Virus record (IMG/VR): IMGVR_UViG_3300008262_000233
Direction: 5' to 3' (one strand)
From: an uncultured virus (IMG/VR IMGVR_UViG_3300008262_000233)
Taxonomy: Duplodnaviria > Heunggongvirae > Uroviricota > Caudoviricetes
DNA: 64,000 nucleotides
Part shown: in pieces, positions 57,302-64,000 of the stretch
Numbering within the stretch: position 1 is the first letter of the stretch
How the letters are laid out: the number at the start of each line of letters is the position of its first letter
The notes under the pieces: generated by a model
Seen by the model: only the letters and a program-made list of their open reading frames with translations
Told to the model about the DNA's origin: nothing
The model's database searches: none
Program-made: the position numbers and the translations under genes

Positions 57302-60300
57302 GTGCTAATTTATAAGATACTCCGTTTATTGATATTTCTATATATTGGTTTGTTATAAGTGTTACTGATGCACTCATCGTTGCTCCTAGTTTCCATTGGG
57401 CTGGTTGAGCATTAGACATAGTTGCTGTCATTAGGCTTGGTACATAAACAGTATTTGACTTATTTGCTAGATTTATACCATTTCCACTAATTATACCAAC
57501 ATTTTGACCGTTTGTAATTGTGCTAAATGAGCTAGATATAATTATACTTCCACAGCTTGCTCCGTTTATGTTATTACCATTTCCTCCGATTATAGTATTA
57601 AGAAAACCATCTGATATATTATTAACTAAACCACCAACTATTTGAGAAGTAGTAGATGCACAAATAAAACTACAATCACTTCCAACTATTGATGAACCAA
57701 TACCGTCAAGAATTTCATTAACTCTTCCAGCAATAATCGTTGAGCATCCTCCAGAACATATATAAGATGATGGACTTGAAATTATACTTGATGATTTAGT
57801 ACAGTATATTTTAGCTGAGTATGAATTCGAAATTAAGATATTAGGACACGAGCAACAAATTTTTGAAGCACTTGAGTTATCAATCTGAGAAGTTAGTGAG
57901 CAACAAATAAAGCTATTTATCGAGTTCGATATTATTGATACTTTTGAGTTTTGTATACAGTTTCCGTAACCTAATAAAGTCGAAGAGTGACTTGATCCGA
58001 TGATACAAGATTCTTTACCACCGATTATCAAACTAACTGTAGAATCTGTTGTACAAGATAAGTCTGATGAAATCACTGCAGAAATTGAACCTCCGGATAT
58101 TTTTGAAGAACAAGATGTGTGTACTGAAGAGCACTTTGCATTAGTTACAGAGTTGCTGTATCCTCCTAAAATTGAAGAATGATGTGAATTTTTAGTAATC
58201 GAGTTCAATTGGCCACTCAAAAAAGTATAGTTCGATGTGCTGTTATCATTTTGTCTACCAATTAGTGTAGAACTACACGACTCACAAATAATATTACTAC
58301 TTCCAGAAAGAATACTAGACGAAAGTGATTTACAAATACAAGCGTTGTCACCAGTAACTATTGATGAACAAGAAAGGTATATGCAATTGTTGAATCCTGC
58401 TAATATACTTGAATTGTACGTACAAGAACTAAGTTCACTACAAAATGAGCTTAAAACAGTAGAATTATAAGAACACTTGCAGATTCTACTACATTTAGAA
58501 GATAAAATATTAGAATATTGAGTCAAATATAAAAGTGAGTTACCTGAGCCAATTATATTATTACCATAGCTTGCACAACAGGTGGTTCCATCTATGTAGT
58601 TTTTTCTACCACCAATAATAGTTGATTCACAAGAAGAACATATTATATTATCTTTTGCACCTATAATTGCAACATTACAGCTACAAATTGGACCTGAATC
58701 ATATATGCAGTTATTCTCACCAGTTATTGCGATGCATGCATTCACTAGTATATAAGATCCTCCACCAGCCGGCCCTTGTGGACCTTGTGGTCCAGTAACA
58801 CCTCCGATAGTGCTTACATCTCTATAATTTATATTACCACAAGAATCTGCAGTTAAAATTCTAGAATCACAGCATTGTGAGAAAGTCGCAACTCTTAATT
58901 TACTTGCAAGTACAATATCATTCTCAGTATCTAAGCATAAATTATTACCACCCAAAATTACTGATCTACCAGATAGTCTTATACAGTTTTTAACACCTCC
59001 AACTATTGATGAATAACAAGAATAATAATTTATACAATTGCAACAACCCCCTACGATAGAAGAAAGTTGTGAGTAGTAATAAATTGAATTAGCACAACCA
59101 CCAATTATAGAAGACTTGTGACTATTAAAAGTCAGTGAGTTTTTGTCGCCACCTACAATAGATGACAGTGAACTTCCAGAGATTGAGTTTTTACACCCAC
59201 CTATTGATGATGAATTATTGGAAGATGATACTGAATTACAACTACCACCTAATTGAGAAGTATAGCTAGATGAGTTTAATGTATTTTTATAACCAGATAT
59301 AATTGAAGAAGATATAGAACAATTACACATTGTATTATACTTACCTGAAGTTACAAGTGAATAGTTTGAATCTTCTGATTTTATATTACCGTACCCTGGG
59401 TCATTAATACTAGAAACATTTCTAAAATTAATATTTCCAGATTCATCTGTAGTAAGTATTTTACTATCACTACACTCGCTAATTTCTGAAATTCTCAATT
59501 TTTGCACAAATGTCAAGTTTTCTTCACCATCTAATTCTAGGTCAACCCCACCTAGTATAATTGAGTTGATTGAATTTTTTATGCAGTTGTTGTATCCACT
59601 AATTATAGATGAGTAGTTTGAACAACAAACGTAGTTATTATAACCACCGACTATTGTTGAGTAGCATGATCCATTTGATAAATAGTTTTTACCACCACCA
59701 ACAATTGTAGAATTTGATGAATAGTTATCTAGTCGACTACCTGTACTACCGATTATAGACGAATTACAAGAATGTACTCCAAGGTAGTTATTAGATCCGG
59801 CTAGTATTATTGAATTTTCTGTTGAGTAGAATAGTCTATTACATGATCCACCAATAATTGACGAGTTATTTGATCCTATTGAAATTTCGTTAAGTACACC
59901 ACCCAAAATTGATGTTTCTTCTGAGTTGATAATACAGTTTTGATAACCAGTTATTGTGCAAATTTCATTAAGTCTTATAAAAGAAGGTGTATTTCCAAGA
60001 CCTATTGAATACAAGCTTGTGTAGTTTACGAGACCAGTTTCACTGACTGTTAATATTCTATCACTGTATCCATAACCTAGAACTCCTATTTTTAAGTTCG
60101 GAACTAAAACTGTGTTACTTTCAGAATTTAGTGAGAGATAAGAACCTCCTATAATCACTGATCCTTCTGATGAAGATATACAATTGCATTTACCTCCAAT
60201 AATTGAGGATAGATTTGAAGTATAACCTATTGAGCTTTTATAAGATGCCGAGATATTATTATAACTACTTGCGTAATCTATCGTATTTCTACCTCCGCCC

Positions 60301-61211
60301 AAGATCGTGTTATAGCTTGAGAGTCTATCAATAGTATTCTGGAATCCACCAATTATAGCATTATAATAATTAGAATCTGTAATTAATGAGCAAACTGATC
60401 CTCCGATTAAATTCCCATCATTGTAACTAATTGTGTTAGAATCCCCACCCAGAATGATGGATTTGCTAGCATTTAGAATAATATTACAGTTACCTGATAG
60501 TACACTTGAGCAGTTTGAGTAGAAGCAAATTTTATTTTTAGATCCTCCTACTACTGACGACTCATTTGATTTTTGATAGATGTTATTCTCTCTACCACCT
60601 GTGATGGATGATCTGTAAGAATACTTTCCAATATAATTACAATAACCACCTACTATTGATGAACCTATATTTCTAAAATATAGTGTATTACAAGCACCTG
60701 ATAGAATTGCAGCACAGCAAGAATCTTGAACAATATCATTACATTTACCACCTACAATTGTTGAAAAATCTGAACTTCTTAAAATTCGGTTTTCTTGGCC
60801 TCCAATTATAGAAGATGCCCAGTTATTGTCACAGACATTGTTGTAATATCCACCTACAATTGTTGAATATTTTTGACACGCATCATAGCAAGAAACATAA
60901 GGATAGTTTACTACTAAGTTTTTCTGACCACCGATAATTCCAGAATAAGAACTACAATATAATAAATTAGTACCACCACCAATTATTGATGAGTTACAAG
61001 AACCTTTAACTATTATATTAAAACACCCACCAATTACATTAGACATTGAGGAGTCTATAGAAACAGTATTATTACAACCTGAAATTCTAGACTCGGTCAT
61101 TCCTTTGAAGAGTTGCTCTAAATAAACGAAATTGCCATCCATTTCGTTTATTGTGAGTTTCCTATTCAGCTGGGTTCTTAAAATTAAGTTATTCGAGGCA
61201 GTAGTTGGCAT
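57291..61211 (-). CDS. Large Cys/Ser-rich beta-helix repeat fibre protein with short collagen stretch
   Basis: Dozens of SSIxGGxxNxI repeats, GPQGPQGPA, N-terminal LT..EMDGNF; TAATATATA at 61234-61242. Confidence 0.78.
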   Translation of the reverse strand: MPTTASNNLILRTQLNRKLTINEMDGNFVYLEQLFKGMTESRISGCNNTVSIDSSMSNVIGGCFNIIVKGSCNSSIIGGGTNLLYCSSYSGIIGGQKNLVVNYPYVSCYDACQKYSTIVGGYYNNVCDNNWASSIIGGQENRILRSSDFSTIVGGKCNDIVQDSCCAAILSGACNTLYFRNIGSSIVGGYCNYIGKYSYRSSITGGRENNIYQKSNESSVVGGSKNKICFYSNCSSVLSGNCNIILNASKSIILGGDSNTISYNDGNLIGGSVCSLITDSNYYNAIIGGFQNTIDRLSSYNTILGGGRNTIDYASSYNNISASYKSSIGYTSNLSSIIGGKCNCISSSEGSVIIGGSYLSLNSESNTVLVPNLKIGVLGYGYSDRILTVSETGLVNYTSLYSIGLGNTPSFIRLNEICTITGYQNCIINSEETSILGGVLNEISIGSNNSSIIGGSCNRLFYSTENSIILAGSNNYLGVHSCNSSIIGSTGSRLDNYSSNSTIVGGGKNYLSNGSCYSTIVGGYNNYVCCSNYSSIISGYNNCIKNSINSIILGGVDLELDGEENLTFVQKLRISEISECSDSKILTTDESGNINFRNVSSINDPGYGNIKSEDSNYSLVTSGKYNTMCNCSISSSIISGYKNTLNSSSYTSQLGGSCNSVSSSNNSSSIGGCKNSISGSSLSSIVGGDKNSLTFNSHKSSIIGGCANSIYYYSQLSSIVGGCCNCINYYSCYSSIVGGVKNCIRLSGRSVILGGNNLCLDTENDIVLASKLRVATFSQCCDSRILTADSCGNINYRDVSTIGGVTGPQGPQGPAGGGSYILVNACIAITGENNCIYDSGPICSCNVAIIGAKDNIICSSCESTIIGGRKNYIDGTTCCASYGNNIIGSGNSLLYLTQYSNILSSKCSRICKCSYNSTVLSSFCSELSSCTYNSSILAGFNNCIYLSCSSIVTGDNACICKSLSSSILSGSSNIICESCSSTLIGRQNDNSTSNYTFLSGQLNSITKNSHHSSILGGYSNSVTNAKCSSVHTSCSSKISGGSISAVISSDLSCTTDSTVSLIIGGKESCIIGSSHSSTLLGYGNCIQNSKVSIISNSINSFICCSLTSQIDNSSASKICCSCPNILISNSYSAKIYCTKSSSIISSPSSYICSGGCSTIIAGRVNEILDGIGSSIVGSDCSFICASTTSQIVGGLVNNISDGFLNTIIGGNGNNINGASCGSIIISSSFSTITNGQNVGIISGNGINLANKSNTVYVPSLMTATMSNAQPAQWKLGATMSASVTLITNQYIEISINGVSYKLALVQ

Positions 61212-61262
61212 AATTTACAGATATTTATTAGTCTATATATTAAATTTGGAATCAAAACACCT

Positions 61263-61892
61263 TTAAATGTTTTGAAAATATTTTTGAATTCTCTCACTCA
61301 ACCTGACTCTTGGATCTTCTTTTGATCTGTTTGTAAAAGAATAGGGTACTAAAAATCCAAAACTTAAAAAAACTCTTCGAGATTTAAATTCGTTTGTCCA
61401 ATGCTTATACAAAGAAGCCTCAAAACAATAAAGGTCAAATTGTTGCACAGGTATTTCAAACTGATCTGTAAATAATGAATAATCTTCAGATAATACACTC
61501 AAGTTACATTTGTAATTAATTAATCCATCAAGAGATGCGTCATAATGAGCGGCAATTTTACCACCCCTTTGCATATTAACAGCCTGTAAAAATAAATGGT
61601 TTTTTGGAATACCTATTGTTTCAGAAATTCTATCAATTAATTTAATAATAAAATCGGGAACTCCTTCTGTTCTAACATAATCTCTTTTTTGGAAGTTTGT
61701 GATATATGTTGTCTCTTTGGTTTGTGAGATGTCAAACATAAATGAATTTCCATTTAGAACTTTAGTAATCTCTCTTAAATGATGATTTGCAGTAAGTTCC
61801 GTGGTACTCAAAGTATCAACCCAAGATAGAATCTCATCTACTTCATTTTGGTTAATGAAGTTTTTAATTATTTTATGATTTTTAGATTCCAT
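61263..61892 (-). CDS. 2OG-Fe(II) dioxygenase-like protein
   Basis: HYD (HxD), distal KH, R.FLSF. Confidence 0.7.
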   Translation of the reverse strand: MESKNHKIIKNFINQNEVDEILSWVDTLSTTELTANHHLREITKVLNGNSFMFDISQTKETTYITNFQKRDYVRTEGVPDFIIKLIDRISETIGIPKNHLFLQAVNMQRGGKIAAHYDASLDGLINYKCNLSVLSEDYSLFTDQFEIPVQQFDLYCFEASLYKHWTNEFKSRRVFLSFGFLVPYSFTNRSKEDPRVRLSERIQKYFQNI

Positions 61893-62113
61893 TTTGTCAA
61901 GAATTCTTTTGGACCAGATATTTCCATAGTAGTTATTTCAGCTTTGCTGAGTAATTCTTGAGCTCCTTTTTCATCAGTAGCTATACAACAGAAACGGTGA
62001 GTGGCTGGTAGTTCACCACTTTCAGAACAAGGAATGGTTAAGATATTCTCTCTTTTCATTTTTTCTCTTGCCTGAGAAACTTTAGATTCTTCGCATAAGA
62101 TACATACTCTCAT
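61868..62113 (-). CDS. Small hypothetical protein
   Basis: ORF track. Confidence 0.68.
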   Translation of the reverse strand: MRVCILCEESKVSQAREKMKRENILTIPCSESGELPATHRFCCIATDEKGAQELLSKAEITTMEISGPKEFLTKWNLKIIK

Positions 62114-62118
62114 ATTAG

Positions 62119-62361
62119 TTATTTATTTTTTAATAGAGATAGAATCTCTTTTCTTTCTGCTGATGTCATAGGCTTAGTCTTTAAGAAATTTACAATCTCT
62201 TTTAATTGACTCTCCGAGTATGTATTCAATAGTAAAGTTTTTGTTTCATTACGTTCCTTGAAAGTCATTTCGAAAGCTTCTTTTTGATCATCTACCCACA
62301 GATCATTTTCTAATGATTTGAGATATTTATTATCTGTTGTTCTTTTAATTACAATAACCAT
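62119..62361 (-). CDS. Small hypothetical protein
   Basis: ORF track. Confidence 0.68.
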   Translation of the reverse strand: MVIVIKRTTDNKYLKSLENDLWVDDQKEAFEMTFKERNETKTLLLNTYSESQLKEIVNFLKTKPMTSAERKEILSLLKNK

Positions 62362-62381
62362 TTTTAATAATTTTATTTTAT

Positions 62382-63344
62382 TTAATCTGCGTAGACTTCA
62401 AATGTTAAAACACCGTCAGGAGAAAACTGATTCTTTAGATATTGAGGTATAGTTAAAATCAAACCTTCTTCACCCTCAGGATCTATTGAAAAAGTTCCTA
62501 AATAATTCGTATTCGGATCAGAGTTTAACAAATCTACAAGTTCATTTATGTCATTTACAGTCACACCAGGGTCAGCAGAAAAAATACCAACACCACTTCC
62601 GTTGTATTGAGGGCTACCCAGTAGTTCTACCTCTACACTGCTATATGGATATTCACTCAGATTCAGTCCATAAATTGTGACTGGAGTCGTATCTTGGTCT
62701 CTTTTAATCTTTATTTCAACTGGTTGATAATATAATGAATCCTCAATAGGAGTTTGATTATCCATATCCCATATATAGAGAAAGACTGCATCATCTTTGT
62801 AAGCTAAACCAGCAACTCCACCTTGTTTGATAATCCAAGGTGATGTGAAAGCTCCTCCATTCTGACTTACTGATACCTGCGTTGATTTTCTAGGAAATGC
62901 ATTTGTCTGAGGGCCTGTAATACTATTAAAACCAACATAAGCTCCTGGACCAGCATAACCACCCCAATCTATATCAAAACCAAGTGTATTTTCCAATACT
63001 TGCACCACAATATCACCAGATGAATCTAATATTGAACCATTCGTCCAATCCGCTGGAACTTCACCAGTAGCTGCAAATACACATCCACTAGTATTCATTG
63101 TCCCGGATATCAATTCAGCAATATTACTGAAATCATCACCCGAAGAATAGGTTCCTATTGTGTAAGTTTCTCCTATTATTAGTCCACCTAAAAAATAACC
63201 AATATCATTACCTGACGTGGGTGTAGTGTCGGTCAATAGAGCTCTATAAATACCATAATTAGTGGAAAAAGTTCCTGTAATTGTAAGACTTCCATCGATA
63301 GTCTGATTTTCTAAATTATTTATAATATATCTTGTAGTTGCCAT
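62382..63344 (-). CDS. Acidic G/T-rich virion structural protein
   Basis: Composition; YRALL and VLENTLG motifs. Confidence 0.6.
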   Translation of the reverse strand: MATTRYIINNLENQTIDGSLTITGTFSTNYGIYRALLTDTTPTSGNDIGYFLGGLIIGETYTIGTYSSGDDFSNIAELISGTMNTSGCVFAATGEVPADWTNGSILDSSGDIVVQVLENTLGFDIDWGGYAGPGAYVGFNSITGPQTNAFPRKSTQVSVSQNGGAFTSPWIIKQGGVAGLAYKDDAVFLYIWDMDNQTPIEDSLYYQPVEIKIKRDQDTTPVTIYGLNLSEYPYSSVEVELLGSPQYNGSGVGIFSADPGVTVNDINELVDLLNSDPNTNYLGTFSIDPEGEEGLILTIPQYLKNQFSPDGVLTFEVYAD

Positions 63345-63998
63345 TTATTCGGTTATATTTTTTATTGTTAAAACATCATTCTCATCATAGTATGATAGTC
63401 TTAAATTTCCATCACTTCTTCTAAAAATTGTACAATTGTAGTTACCGTAAACTGATGGTGTTCCTGACACAGTTTCTACTGTGATTTCTATATCAAAACT
63501 ATAGGTTCCGAATTGAGAAGCTGCAATTGTTAATACATCTGAAACCTGATATTGATTACCCGGTGTACTTATAGTAACACCTGTTACAACTGAACCTGAA
63601 ACGGTCAAGTCAAAAGTAGCCCCTGTTCCACTTCCCCCAGATACTGTAAGTCCAACATAATTACCATCTGTGCCAGGTATAGAAGGTGATAATCCAGTAT
63701 TATCAGATATTGTAAGTATGTTGTTATAATATTCTTTAAAATTATAATTATATAAATTTTGTGTCTTAACATCATTCATTTGAAAGTAATCACCTATTTC
63801 ATTCTCCTCAAATACATCTGCGATATTATTATCGTAAAAATACTCACCGATAGTATTATATCGAAAATCATTACCAATCTTATTTCCTCTTGATAGGCCG
63901 CCTCCGAATCCAAAATCATTTTCAATATTGTTGTCATAAAAATCATTACCTATTAAATTATAGGAGAAATTGTTTGATATATTGTTAAGTGAGAAGCC
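63345..63998 (-). CDS. Partial fibre/beta-helix protein running off the window edge
   Basis: Frame open from 63998; 9-aa N-x-I-G-x-x-F repeats upstream of the tracked Met; GGSGTGATF motif. Confidence 0.75.
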   Translation of the reverse strand, partial: GFSLNNISNNFSYNLIGNDFYDNNIENDFGFGGGLSRGNKIGNDFRYNTIGEYFYDNNIADVFEENEIGDYFQMNDVKTQNLYNYNFKEYYNNILTISDNTGLSPSIPGTDGNYVGLTVSGGSGTGATFDLTVSGSVVTGVTISTPGNQYQVSDVLTIAASQFGTYSFDIEITVETVSGTPSVYGNYNCTIFRRSDGNLRLSYYDENDVLTIKNITE

Positions 63999-64000
63999 AT

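Noticed and set aside
57291..61211. CRISPR array or DGR template/variable repeats
   Set aside because: The repeats are degenerate at the DNA level and explained by protein periodicity; no reverse transcriptase or cas gene was recognised in the window.
566..62680. Many short overlapping ORFs in the track (e.g. 566..838, 4038..4409, 4521..4859, 11107..11352, 24248..24580, 40150..40530, 44906..45232, 47999..48202, 58000..58470)
   Set aside because: Antisense or alternate-frame shadows of better-supported genes; Ser/Leu/Phe-rich with no motifs.
1..64000. Stop-codon reassignment (code 15 or 4) as in some large phages
   Set aside because: Genes are full length and densely packed under code 11; TAG and TGA end genes at sensible positions, and readthrough would not repair the helicase.

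Overview
A 64 kb slice of a very AT-rich, gene-dense, large T4-like (jumbo or huge) tailed phage genome in the standard genetic code. The host is probably in Bacteroidota (inferred from the absence of Shine-Dalgarno motifs, A-rich start contexts and DUF6576-like tails). Replication and repair genes: an N-terminal-only family B polymerase, DinG-like helicase, an interrupted gp41/DnaB helicase, class Ia RNR nrdAB, RuvC-like resolvase, Fpg/Nei, two DNA methyltransferases and two stand-alone polymerase-palm proteins. Host-takeover and auxiliary genes: ECF sigma, GreA, TilS, CysK, SlyD-like PPIase, acyl-CoA thioesterase, NADAR, SLOG, MazG and a glycosyltransferase. Virion genes: a baseplate hub-like protein and fibre/beta-helix proteins. 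The most striking structure is regulatory and targeting. About 25 unrelated ORFs share an N-terminal leader resembling the T4 capsid-targeting sequence, and most sit directly behind, or in operons behind, a TAATATATA late-type promoter. This suggests a large capsid-packaged cargo that includes enzymes. Replication and metabolic genes instead carry an AAAC-N17/18-TATAA promoter. Also present are a broken initiator-tRNA remnant with a 23-nt anticodon-loop insertion, recurrent C-terminal peptide tags, and several small or start-less ORFs missed by the ORF track. All family calls come from motif recognition by eye; no database searches were run.
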